32,000 nucleotides of DNA from Candidatus Saccharimonadota bacterium (GTDB lineage: Bacteria > Pseudomonadota > Gammaproteobacteria > Enterobacterales > Enterobacteriaceae): NCBI RefSeq assembly GCF_014857065.1, contig NZ_CP046533.1:330001-362000 (forward strand). The letters run 5' to 3'. This document shows positions 1-12,102 of the stretch, in pieces. Made by a program: the position numbers and the translations under genes. The notes beneath the pieces were generated by a model, which was not told the origin of the DNA, did not search any database, and saw nothing but the letters and a program-made list of their open reading frames with translations. Within the stretch, counting starts at the first letter, position 1. Each line of letters begins with the position of its first letter.

Positions 1-266
1 ACTGCATGCTCTCGGGATGAACCACATCCAAAATTTTCCCTAGTTAGTAAAATACTAGCATTACGATAATGTGGATAATTTAAAACAAATTCATCATTCA
101 ATTCTTGACAAAATACATCATGAAATCGCCAATTACTAAATAAATACTGTCCAAAATCATCACGAGTAATTTTTTGCAAAAACTGTTTTGGAATAATAGC
201 ATCTGTATCTACATTAGCAACATTTAAAGGAACTACAATACCATTATGCCTAACAAATTTAACCAT
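1..266 (-). CDS. leuD: 3-isopropylmalate dehydratase small subunit, N-terminal 88 codons; the 3' end lies beyond the window
   Basis: My reverse-strand translation from the ATG at 266..264 gives [48 protein letters not shown]...[13 protein letters not shown]. This is near-identical in pattern to E. coli LeuD ([27 protein letters not shown]). It sits 16 nt downstream of the leuC stop. Confidence 0.9.
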   Translation of the reverse strand, partial: MVKFVRHNGIVVPLNVANVDTDAIIPKQFLQKITRDDFGQYLFSNWRFHDVFCQELNDEFVLNYPHYRNASILLTRENFGCGSSREHA

Positions 267-282
267 TGAGTAATATACCCTC

Positions 283-1683
283 TTACATTATTTCACGAAT
301 ATCGATAAAATGACCAGCAATTGCTGCTGCTGCTGCCATAACAGGACTAACCAAATGAGTACGACCACCACGACCTTGTCTACCTTCAAAATTGCGATTA
401 CTAGTAGACGCACATCGTTCGCCATACTTAAGACGATCGTTATTCATACCTAAACACATCGAACAACCTGGTAAACGCCATTCAAAACCTGCATCTATAA
501 AAATTTTATCTAAACCTTCAATTTCCGCCTGTTTTCTTACTGGATGAGAACCAGGTACAACAATTGCACTTACCCTATCAGATACTCGATGTCCGCAAAC
601 TACAGATGCAGCAGCTCGTAAATCTTCAATACGAGAATTAGTACAAGATCCAATAAATACTTTATCAATTGATATATCAGTTAAAGAAGTATGTGGTTCT
701 AAACCCATATAATTTAATGCCTGAATAGCAGAATTACGCTCTGTTAAGTTTTTAAATGATTCCAAAGACGGAATCAACTGATCAATCGCAATTACATGAC
801 TAGGATTAGTACCCCAAGTAACTTGAGGAGCAATATTTGATACATCTACGTCAAAAATCTTGTCAAAATGCGCATTGACATCACTCACTAATGTTCTCCA
901 ATATAATATTGCTTGCTGCCAAGCAGTACCTTTAGGTGCAAACTCACGACCATATAAATAATTATAAGTTATATCATCTGGAGCTATTAAACCAGATTTA
1001 GCTCCCATTTCAATTGCCATGTTACATAAGGTCATACGTCCTTCCATGCTTAACTTTCTAACAAAATCTCCACAAAACTCCACTACACAACCAGATCCAC
1101 CATATACCCCTATTTTACCAATAATTGATAATATAACATCCTTAGCTGTAATCCATGGCATTAAATTACCTGAAATATCTATTTTCATTGTTTTAGCCAA
1201 AACTTGAGAAAGAGTCTGGGTAACTAATACATGTTCTATTTCTGAAGTTCCTATTCCAAATGCTAATGCTCCAAAAGCACCATGAGTAGAAGTATGGGAA
1301 TCTCCACAAACAATAATCATGCCAGGTAATGTTATTCCTCGTTCAGGGCCAATGACATGCACTATACCTTGATAAGGATGATTGATATCGTACAAGGTGA
1401 TCTTAAATTCTTCACAATTCTTAATCAACTGTTGCAATTGAATTTTAGCCATATTACCAGAAGCTTTAAGATCTTTAATAAGGGTAGAAACATTATGATC
1501 CATAGTAGCAAATGTCTTATTAGGTTGGCGAACAATTCTATTTTCAGATCGTAACTTATCAAACGCTTGAGGTGAAGTAACTTCATGTATTAAATGACGA
1601 TCAATATACAATAATGAAGTACCATTCTCAAATTTATATACTATATGCGCATCATATAATTTTTGATATAAAGATTTTCCCAT
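283..1683 (-). CDS. leuC: 3-isopropylmalate dehydratase large subunit
   Basis: 466-aa ORF colinear with E. coli LeuC ([13 protein letters not shown]..., [70 protein letters not shown]). Aconitase-family Fe-S ligand cysteines are present. Confidence 0.97.
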   Translation of the reverse strand: MGKSLYQKLYDAHIVYKFENGTSLLYIDRHLIHEVTSPQAFDKLRSENRIVRQPNKTFATMDHNVSTLIKDLKASGNMAKIQLQQLIKNCEEFKITLYDINHPYQGIVHVIGPERGITLPGMIIVCGDSHTSTHGAFGALAFGIGTSEIEHVLVTQTLSQVLAKTMKIDISGNLMPWITAKDVILSIIGKIGVYGGSGCVVEFCGDFVRKLSMEGRMTLCNMAIEMGAKSGLIAPDDITYNYLYGREFAPKGTAWQQAILYWRTLVSDVNAHFDKIFDVDVSNIAPQVTWGTNPSHVIAIDQLIPSLESFKNLTERNSAIQALNYMGLEPHTSLTDISIDKVFIGSCTNSRIEDLRAAASVVCGHRVSDRVSAIVVPGSHPVRKQAEIEGLDKIFIDAGFEWRLPGCSMCLGMNNDRLKYGERCASTSNRNFEGRQGRGGRTHLVSPVMAAAAAIAGHFIDIREIM

Positions 1684-1701
1684 TTAATATAACTACCGCT
1701 A

Positions 1702-4394
<2,693 letters not shown>

Positions 4395-5069
4395 AATTAA
4401 AATACTTTTATAATATTGCAGTACTGTTTATTATTGATCAAAACACATAATTTCTACTAAACTAACTCTTGACTTTAAGTTTCATTTTTCGATATAAAGA
4501 ACATAAAATATCCAGTAATACCGATAATACACCCTAACAAATAAGAAACTAAATCAAATATTTATAAAATATAGGCCACTGAAATATGTATAAAATAGCG
4601 CAATTAATCACGATAAAACATTAAATTATAACTATATAGCCAAAGCACTAAATCTAACATACAATACCTACAACCACCATTGATACTATATTTGGATAAT
4701 CTATCTAAAATATCAAAACGAAAAATAAAACAACACAACCTAAGACGTGAGAACACACAATGCGAAATATGAAAATAACAATTATTCACTTTAAAACCAA
4801 ATAAAACACCAACCAAGTTCAATATACTACATCTTCACCTTTAAGACAACAACAATTAACGATATACTAACAATAACAAATTAACTGACCTTTAATACAT
4901 ATTAAATTTAAAAAATAGCATGTAATAAATAAGAATTTTAACCAAATCATATAGATATTAAATAATAAACCCTATAGTAAAAATAGGAAAATAAGAAATC
5001 ATAAACTTGTATTTGTAGACAACTTAATTAAAGCACATTTTCAAAAAAATATATTAAAGTACATAATAA

Positions 5070-7382
5070 TTGAAAAAACTAAAGTCACAAAACCTTAATT
5101 CACTCATAAGGAATTTCTTTTTAAAATTATTAATTAACTTAATTTACATAACAGTATACGAAGAGTATACATTAGCCGCTAGACCAAAAAAAGAATTACA
5201 AAATATAACATATCATAATAAACAACCAACTACACAAAATTCTAAACAAATTGACATATATATTAAGGCAAATGAAATAGAATATATTAATCATAAACAA
5301 ATCCAATGTATCGGAAATGTTATAATGAAACAAGATAATTCCATGCTACAAGCTAATAAAATTATACTTAACAATAATAAAAAAACAAACAATGAACAAC
5401 TAAATACATTAACTGCTAACGGAAACATAATTTATAATAACGAAAAAATAAAAATAACAGGAAAAACAGCAACATTAAACATAAACAATAAAAATCTTGA
5501 TATCTATCAAGGCACATATCAATTAACAAAACAACAAGCTAATGGATATGCAAATTGTATAATGCAAAGAGACAATCAAAGATATACAATAATAAAAAAT
5601 GGAAATTTTAGCTTCTGTAAAAACAATAAAAAATACTGGAATGTAAAAGGATCAGAAATAATATACGATCACAAAAAAAAAACAATAGACATCTGGAATG
5701 CATATTTTAACCTAAAAAACATTCCCATATTGTATATTCCATATTCAACTTTTTCTATAAATAAGATAAACAAAGCAAAAATAACAATCCCTAATTTTAG
5801 ATATAGCGATAAAAAAGATTTTGAATTTTATTTACCTTATTATCTCAATATTAATCCATATCTTCAAGTTAATATTTCTCCGAATTATTCCAAATTGAAT
5901 GGCATTAAGATGTATACTAACTTAAGCTACAATGGACCTCCAGGAATTAATTTAATTAAATTTAAAATTGTACAACATAAAAATCAATATAATAAAAAAA
6001 CTAGAAAATACAACATAGATTATTATCAACTGCATTGGAAATCTAATATAAGAATAAATGAACAACTGCAGTTTGGTGGAGATTATACTAAAATTAAAAA
6101 TTACGACTTCAATTTTCCTGAAAGGAAAACAAAAAACAGCAACAACCATGACCTAAAAAAATTATGGTTAAATTATAACAAACAAAACCTAAATGTTAAA
6201 ATATCATCAAAGAAATTTAGATCTTTAACTAATCCTAATAAAAATATTTATCAAACACTACCTCAAATAGAAATAAATATACACAAAGAAAAAAATCAAC
6301 TAACACATTTTTGTGTTCTAAATCAAATTACTCAATTCATCAACCTCAACAATAAGCGTTCTAAAACTATTAGATTACATTCAGAACCATCTATCAAAAT
6401 ACCTATAAAGAATTCTTTTTTCCCTATAAATTCAGAACTAAAAATAAAAGCAACATATTACCAACAAAAAAATAACAATTTTAATTACCTAAAACCTAAT
6501 ATATTTCGTCTTATACCTCAACTCAAAATTGAAAGTAAAACAACATTATATAAAAACAAAAAATATTATATCCAAATATTAAAACCACATTTTCAATATT
6601 TATATGTGCCATACCATAACCAAAAAAACATAGGTATATACGATTCTTCTGTAAACATACCTTCTAGCAATTATATTGAACTTTTTAGAGAATCACCTTA
6701 CAATGGCCCAGATCGTATTCCATCAATGAATAAATTAATAAACGCAGCATCCATGCACATCTATAATAAAAAAGAAAAAAAGATATTCAGTTCCTCTATA
6801 GGACAAAGTTATTCTTTTTTTCAATCAAGGACAGAAGATAAAACTATTTACTCAAACAAACACAAAAAAAACAAAAATATAATTTGGATAAACAATAATC
6901 ATATAAACATGAGTGAAAAATACAGTCTTATTCATAACATTCAGTACAACAATTATTTAAATCACGTAACTTTAAATGAAACAATACTGGAATACAAAAA
7001 AGATATAAAACATATTTTCCAATTTTCTTGGAACCACGCAAATACACAACTCCTCAAAAAAACATTTTTAAACAATAATGATAAAAAATTTAATAATCAA
7101 AACAATAATAATCCCAAAGTAAAAATCATTGGGAAATGGCCATTAAAAAAAAATTTATACCTCAAAAGCATGTATTATTATAATAGTAAAAATAACCATA
7201 TAGAAAGTTACTTAACAAGTATAAAATACACCACCCATTGTTGGACGTTGTATTTCAACTATGAATACAATGAAAATAACTACAAAAAAAAAATAAAGGA
7301 TCTTAACAAAAAAAAATGTGAAAACAAAATATCATTTAATATTATATTACACAGTTATAAAAAAAATAATAGCACAAATTAA
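5070..7382 (+). CDS. lptD: LPS-assembly outer-membrane protein LptD (Imp/OstA), highly diverged and N/K-rich
   Basis: 770-aa ORF with blocks matching E. coli LptD: YTIIKNGNFSFC...WNVKGSEIIYD, FEFYLPYYLNINP, LKPHFQYLYVPY, LFRESPYNGPDRI. The TTG start at 5070 directly follows in-frame TAA TAA and precedes a signal-peptide-like N-terminus. The next in-frame ATG is about 85 codons downstream. Position upstream of surA matches E. coli. Confidence 0.85.
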   Translation: MKKLKSQNLNSLIRNFFLKLLINLIYITVYEEYTLAARPKKELQNITYHNKQPTTQNSKQIDIYIKANEIEYINHKQIQCIGNVIMKQDNSMLQANKIILNNNKKTNNEQLNTLTANGNIIYNNEKIKITGKTATLNINNKNLDIYQGTYQLTKQQANGYANCIMQRDNQRYTIIKNGNFSFCKNNKKYWNVKGSEIIYDHKKKTIDIWNAYFNLKNIPILYIPYSTFSINKINKAKITIPNFRYSDKKDFEFYLPYYLNINPYLQVNISPNYSKLNGIKMYTNLSYNGPPGINLIKFKIVQHKNQYNKKTRKYNIDYYQLHWKSNIRINEQLQFGGDYTKIKNYDFNFPERKTKNSNNHDLKKLWLNYNKQNLNVKISSKKFRSLTNPNKNIYQTLPQIEINIHKEKNQLTHFCVLNQITQFINLNNKRSKTIRLHSEPSIKIPIKNSFFPINSELKIKATYYQQKNNNFNYLKPNIFRLIPQLKIESKTTLYKNKKYYIQILKPHFQYLYVPYHNQKNIGIYDSSVNIPSSNYIELFRESPYNGPDRIPSMNKLINAASMHIYNKKEKKIFSSSIGQSYSFFQSRTEDKTIYSNKHKKNKNIIWINNNHINMSEKYSLIHNIQYNNYLNHVTLNETILEYKKDIKHIFQFSWNHANTQLLKKTFLNNNDKKFNNQNNNNPKVKIIGKWPLKKNLYLKSMYYYNSKNNHIESYLTSIKYTTHCWTLYFNYEYNENNYKKKIKDLNKKKCENKISFNIILHSYKKNNSTN

Positions 7383-7470
7383 AATATTATTACGTTATTT
7401 AAAATATTGTTAAGACCAAATTGAATTCAATATATCAAGTATTAAATACACAATGAAAATATAAATTAAC

Positions 7471-8793
7471 ATGAGTAATTCTGCAAATAAAGATAAGAAA
7501 AAAATAATCCTTCTACATGTAATATCAATAATACTAATCATTAATAATGTTCAAGCAACACCAATGGTAACTGATAAAATTATCGCAATAGTGAATAATA
7601 ACATAATTTTAAATAGTGATATAAACAAAACACTAACAATTAAGAAACAAAATAGTCATTTTAAAAAAGAATTATCAGAAAAACAAATTTCAAAAAAAGA
7701 TCTTATTGAACAGTTAATTATAGAAGAATTAATAATGCAAATAGCAGAAAAATTGAATATTAAAATAAATAACAACGATCTTGATAAAATCATCAATGAA
7801 ATTACAATTAAACAAAACATAAAAACAATAAAACAGCTTTATAATTACTTACCTAAATATGATAATGTAAGCTACGACGATTATAAATCGCAAATACGCA
7901 AAGAAATAATAGTTTCAGAATTGCATCATCATGAAATGCAACAGCGTGTTAACATTTTTCCACACCAAATAAATAAATTAGCTAAAAGAATATCTACAAC
8001 TATTAATAACAACATCAAAATACAATTAAGTCATATAGTCATTACAATACCAAAAAACGACAAAATACCACAAATTAAACAAGCAGAATCCTTTGCAATA
8101 AAATTCGCAACAAAAATGAAAAAACAAGTAAATATTGATGAATTAATAAAAATTTATTCTAATAATAAAATAACAATTCAACATTATAAAATTAATGGCA
8201 AATTAGAAGAATTACCAACTTTTATAACAAAAAACTTACTAAAAATAAAAACAGGTAATATTATTGGACCAATTATTAATGAAGATAAATTTCATATCTT
8301 ACAAATTAACAATATTTATATTGATAATAAAGAAATCTTTGGAACAGAAGTTTATGCAAAAGAAATTTTCTTAAAACATTCAACAACTCGAAACGATCAA
8401 CAAACATATACAATGTTAAGTAACGTTTTAAAACAGATAAAAAACAAAAAAATAACATTTGATTATGCAATTCAAAATATTTCGGAAAATAATATGTTTA
8501 GAAACGAAAATGAAAATTCAAACAGAAAGAATATTGAAGATTTTGATCCAAATATCAGAAATATATTAACATCCTTAAACGAAAATGAAATAAGCGACCC
8601 AATTCGTACCAACTACGGTTGGCATGTAGTCAAAGTATATAATATTTATCGCGTTAATAACATTCAATCAATACAAAAAAGTTATGCCTACTATATGCTA
8701 TATCATCACAAGTCAACTGAAGAAATAAAAAATTGGATCCAAGAATTACACATTAATTCCTATGTTAAAATTTTAACGAATAGTATTAAATGA
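7471..8793 (+). CDS. surA: periplasmic chaperone SurA (parvulin domains degenerate)
   Basis: 440-aa ORF with a signal-like N-terminus. Matches to E. coli SurA include TPMVTDKIIAIVNNNIILNSDI, LSHIVI, GWHVVKV and the C-terminal YVKILTN. Gene order lptD-surA-pdxA is conserved. Confidence 0.85.
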   Translation: MSNSANKDKKKIILLHVISIILIINNVQATPMVTDKIIAIVNNNIILNSDINKTLTIKKQNSHFKKELSEKQISKKDLIEQLIIEELIMQIAEKLNIKINNNDLDKIINEITIKQNIKTIKQLYNYLPKYDNVSYDDYKSQIRKEIIVSELHHHEMQQRVNIFPHQINKLAKRISTTINNNIKIQLSHIVITIPKNDKIPQIKQAESFAIKFATKMKKQVNIDELIKIYSNNKITIQHYKINGKLEELPTFITKNLLKIKTGNIIGPIINEDKFHILQINNIYIDNKEIFGTEVYAKEIFLKHSTTRNDQQTYTMLSNVLKQIKNKKITFDYAIQNISENNMFRNENENSNRKNIEDFDPNIRNILTSLNENEISDPIRTNYGWHVVKVYNIYRVNNIQSIQKSYAYYMLYHHKSTEEIKNWIQELHINSYVKILTNSIK

Positions 8794-9782
8794 AAAATAT
8801 AAAGCGCATTATGATAACATCTGGAGAACCAGCAGGCATAGGCCTAGATATAATCAGTATTATAGCGCAAAAAACATGGCCTGTAGAATTAATCGTATGT
8901 GGAGATGCATCTTTATTAATGGAACGCTCTATGCAATTAAAATTACCAATTAAATTACATACTTATAATAAAAAGACGATACCATCACCTACATTATCAG
9001 GAGAACTCACAATACTAGATATAAAAAGTCCAACAAAAGTAATACCTGGTATATTAGACCCTATAAATAGTAAATATGTAATTAAAATTCTTAAACGCGC
9101 CTGTAATGGTTGTTTAAACGGTGAGTTTGCAGCTTTGGTCACTGGCCCAGTTCACAAAGGAGTAATTAACGATGCTGGAATAACATTTATAGGACAAACA
9201 GAATTTCTAGCAAAATATAGTGGCAAAAAAAAAGTAATTATGATGCTTATAAATAATAAGCTACGCATTGCCTTAGCAACCACTCATATACCAATATTCA
9301 AAGTTCCAAAAATTATCACTAATAAACTACTAAACGAAATCATTCCAATTCTAGTATATAACTTGAAAAAAAACTTCAATATCACTGAACCTATAGTATA
9401 CGTCTGCGGCTTAAATCCTCATGCAGGTGAAAATGGTTATATAGGAAAAGAAGAGATAAAAACTATCATACCATCTCTAAATAAATTACGTTCTAAAGGA
9501 TTTAATCTCGTAGGACCTTTACCAGCTGATACAATTTTTCAAACAAAATATTTAAAAAATGCTGATGCTATTTTAGCAATGTATCATGATCAAGGTCTAC
9601 CAGTAATTAAATATAAAAATAACTTTGGTCGTTCTGTCAATATTACTCTCGGGCTTCCTTTTATTCGTACATCTGTAGATCATGGCACTGCTTTAGAATT
9701 AGCTGGTTCAGGAAATGCAAAGGCAGATAGTATGATAGCAGCAATTAAATTAGCTATTCAAATAATAAAACGCACCTTATGA
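8790..9782 (+). CDS. pdxA: 4-hydroxythreonine-4-phosphate dehydrogenase
   Basis: 330-aa ORF with GEPAGIG, TGPVHKGVINDAG, CGLNPHAGE, MYHDQGLPV and ITLGLPFIRTSVDHGTA, colinear with E. coli PdxA. The start ATG overlaps the surA TGA (ATGA at 8790..8793). Confidence 0.95.
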   Translation: MKNIKRIMITSGEPAGIGLDIISIIAQKTWPVELIVCGDASLLMERSMQLKLPIKLHTYNKKTIPSPTLSGELTILDIKSPTKVIPGILDPINSKYVIKILKRACNGCLNGEFAALVTGPVHKGVINDAGITFIGQTEFLAKYSGKKKVIMMLINNKLRIALATTHIPIFKVPKIITNKLLNEIIPILVYNLKKNFNITEPIVYVCGLNPHAGENGYIGKEEIKTIIPSLNKLRSKGFNLVGPLPADTIFQTKYLKNADAILAMYHDQGLPVIKYKNNFGRSVNITLGLPFIRTSVDHGTALELAGSGNAKADSMIAAIKLAIQIIKRTL

Positions 9783-10582
9783 AAAAGATTATATATCAAA
9801 ATCACCAAATAAAAAAAAAATTTGGCCAAAATTTTTTAAATGATCAACATATCATTGATTTAATCATATATTACATTTCTCCAAAAAATAATGAAAACTT
9901 AATTGAAGTAGGCCCAGGACTTGGCGCCTTAACTAAACGTATAGCGAAATATGTAAATCATTTAACAGCAATAGAAATAGATAAAGACCTAGTACAAAAA
10001 TTAAAAAAATCTTTATCTCATCAAAAAAATATAAAAATTTTACATAAAAATGTTATGTCTATTAATTTCCAGAATTTATCTAACAAAATAGGAGAATCTT
10101 TACGTATTTTTGGTAATTTACCTTATAATATTTCCACTCAATTAATCTTTCATTTATTAAAATATATCAATGTAATTCAAGATATGCATTTTATGTTACA
10201 AAAAGAAATAGCAGATAGATTAATAGCAATGCCAAATAATAAAAATTATGGGATATTAAGTATTATGGTACAATATTTCTGTACAGTTTTCCATTTAACA
10301 GAAGTACCCTCTAAGTCTTTTATACCAAACCCAAAAGTTAATTCCACCTTCATAAGATTAACGCCGCATAACAATAAACCTTATTTAGCAAATAATTTAA
10401 AAAACTTATCTATCATCGTAAAAACAGCATTTAAACAACGACGAAAAATAATCAAAAATAGTTTAAAAAATTTACTAAATACTAAACAAATCATAAAACA
10501 AGGTATAGATCCTACATTAAGAGCAGAAAATTTAGATATAAAACAATTTTGTCTCTTATCAAATGTTTTAAATATAAATTAA
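9779..10582 (+). CDS. rsmA: 16S rRNA (adenine1518/1519-N6)-dimethyltransferase
   Basis: 267-aa ORF with KKFGQNFLND, EVGPGLGALT and GNLPYNIST motifs of KsgA/RsmA. The start overlaps the pdxA stop (ATGA at 9779..9782). Confidence 0.94.
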   Translation: MKKIIYQNHQIKKKFGQNFLNDQHIIDLIIYYISPKNNENLIEVGPGLGALTKRIAKYVNHLTAIEIDKDLVQKLKKSLSHQKNIKILHKNVMSINFQNLSNKIGESLRIFGNLPYNISTQLIFHLLKYINVIQDMHFMLQKEIADRLIAMPNNKNYGILSIMVQYFCTVFHLTEVPSKSFIPNPKVNSTFIRLTPHNNKPYLANNLKNLSIIVKTAFKQRRKIIKNSLKNLLNTKQIIKQGIDPTLRAENLDIKQFCLLSNVLNIN

Positions 10583-10663
10583 TTATATAAAATAATTAAC
10601 AAATAGAACGTTATATAATATAATTCCACAATTTGTATATAATGAAATTGCCACAAATTTATT

Positions 10664-11482
10664 ATGTCTACTTATTTAATTGGTGATATTCATGGTTGTT
10701 ATGAAAGCCTAAAATTAATTTTAAATAGAATTAATTTTAATATAAAAAAAGATTCTCTTTGGTTAACTGGAGACATAGTAGCTAAGGGTCCAAAATCTTT
10801 AGAAACGTTACACCTAATACGTAACTTAGGTAAAAATGTACATATGGTACTAGGAAACCATGATTTACATTTGCTAGCGATATACACAGGAGCTAGTAAA
10901 AGTAAATATGAAGATCATCTTGACCAAATATTAAATGCGCCAGACGTCGAAGAATTAATAGAATGGTTACGAAAACAACCAATACTACAAATAAACAAAA
11001 ATAAAAAGATTTTGATGATTCATGCAGGAATTCATCCAAATTGGAATATCAAACAAACAATCAAATATGCAAGAGAAATAGAAAACATTTTACAAAGTAA
11101 AAATTATAAGTTCTTGCTTAAAGCTATGCATGGAAATATAACCAAAAAATGGAACATAAATCAAAACGATTTATCACGAATAATTTATAATATTAAAGTG
11201 TTTACTAGAATTAGATACTGTTCCCTAAATGGAGATTTAAATATGTTATATAAGGGCGCGCCACAAAATACACCATCTTCATATTTAAAACCATGGTTTG
11301 ATTTTCATACATCGACTATAACAAAGTATAACATAATATTTGGACATTGGTCAGCTTTAATGGGACAGGGAACTCCCAAAGGAATATACGGACTAGATTA
11401 TGGTTGTTACTATACCGGAATACTAACAGCTATAAAATGGGAAAATAAAGAAATTATCCAAGTATCTCAAATTAAGAAATAG
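10664..11482 (+). CDS. apaH: bis(5'-nucleosyl)-tetraphosphatase, symmetrical (Ap4A hydrolase)
   Basis: 272-aa ORF starting MSTYLIGDIHGCY, with LTGDIVAKGP, GNHDLHLL and FGHW metallophosphatase motifs. Colinear with E. coli ApaH. Confidence 0.93.
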   Translation: MSTYLIGDIHGCYESLKLILNRINFNIKKDSLWLTGDIVAKGPKSLETLHLIRNLGKNVHMVLGNHDLHLLAIYTGASKSKYEDHLDQILNAPDVEELIEWLRKQPILQINKNKKILMIHAGIHPNWNIKQTIKYAREIENILQSKNYKFLLKAMHGNITKKWNINQNDLSRIIYNIKVFTRIRYCSLNGDLNMLYKGAPQNTPSSYLKPWFDFHTSTITKYNIIFGHWSALMGQGTPKGIYGLDYGCYYTGILTAIKWENKEIIQVSQIKK

Positions 11483-11520
11483 AATTTTAATGATAAACAG
11501 CACAAAACGCTTAACTTATA

Positions 11521-12018
11521 TTATTTGCTTAAACGTTCAAGAATTTTAAAATAAAATGCACGGTGATTCATCAAACCAACATCATAATATTCTTCAATAA
11601 ATATTGTATTCCATTTTCTTTCATGAAAATAAGGAAAAAAAACATCACCTGAAATATCTACATCAATATATGTTAAGTAAAGACGATAAGCATCCTGTAT
11701 AAAATAATCATACACCTGACCTCCACCAATTATCATAACTTCATTAGCCATGCCTATTAAAGATAATGCCTCTTTCGGTGTTCTTACAAAAATTAGATCT
11801 GCGTAAATTACTTGCCTAGAACGACTCAAAACAACATTCAACCTACCTGGCAAAGGTTTATTACCGATAGATTCAAAAGTCTTACGACCCATAATTATAG
11901 GTTTATTTAACGTATGTAATTTAAACCATTTCATATCCAAAGGAAAATTCCAAGGAATAAAGTTTCCTTTACCAATTACGTTGTCAAATGTTAACGATGC
12001 AATTAAACTAATAAACAT
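11521..12018 (-). CDS. folA: dihydrofolate reductase
   Basis: 165-aa ORF (MFISLIASLTFDNVIGKGNFIPWNFPLDMKWFKLHTLNKPIIMGRKTFESIG...IIGGGQVY...YLTYID) that parallels E. coli DHFR throughout. Confidence 0.93.
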   Translation of the reverse strand: MFISLIASLTFDNVIGKGNFIPWNFPLDMKWFKLHTLNKPIIMGRKTFESIGNKPLPGRLNVVLSRSRQVIYADLIFVRTPKEALSLIGMANEVMIIGGGQVYDYFIQDAYRLYLTYIDVDISGDVFFPYFHERKWNTIFIEEYYDVGLMNHRAFYFKILERLSK

Positions 12019-12102
12019 AATGCTCGCATTCTAAAATATCAGAAAAAATAATAAAACAAAATCAACATAAAATCCCTAATACGTCATTCTTAAATCTAAT
12101 AC

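Noticed and set aside
70-78. Perfect DnaA-box 9-mer (tgtggataa, the reverse complement of TTATCCACA)
   Set aside because: It is a single isolated copy inside leuD coding sequence (codons YPH). There is no cluster, no AT-rich unwinding element and no origin context.
1019-1554. Plus-strand ORFs 1019..1207 and 1357..1554, antisense to leuC
   Set aside because: They lie entirely within the strongly supported leuC gene on the opposite strand, with low-complexity products and no motifs. These are typical shadow ORFs.
4604-4822. 72-aa minus-strand ORF (TTG start; hydrophobic and Cys-rich) inside the leuA-lptD spacer
   Set aside because: It has no recognisable motif or similarity to DjlA, LeuO or other expected neighbours, and no Shine-Dalgarno. 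The minus strand here is T/G-rich and A-poor, so a stop-free run of this length is not statistically surprising (rough estimate p about 0.1-0.2). At most it is a pseudogene remnant.
5003-5045. Sigma-E-like elements upstream of lptD (AACTT-N15-TCAAA at 5021..5045; a second AAACTT at 5003..5008)
   Set aside because: The -35 matches only partially (AACTT of GGAACTT), the spacing is one short of canonical, and such A/T-rich strings arise easily here. Whether rpoE exists in this genome is also unknown. It is worth scoring only if rpoE is present.
7420-7431. 12-nt palindrome ATTGAATTCAAT, plus a nearby short direct repeat taaaatatt, in the lptD-surA spacer
   Set aside because: Arms of 6 bp are expected many times by chance in 32 kb at this base composition. 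There is no U-tract or other supporting context.
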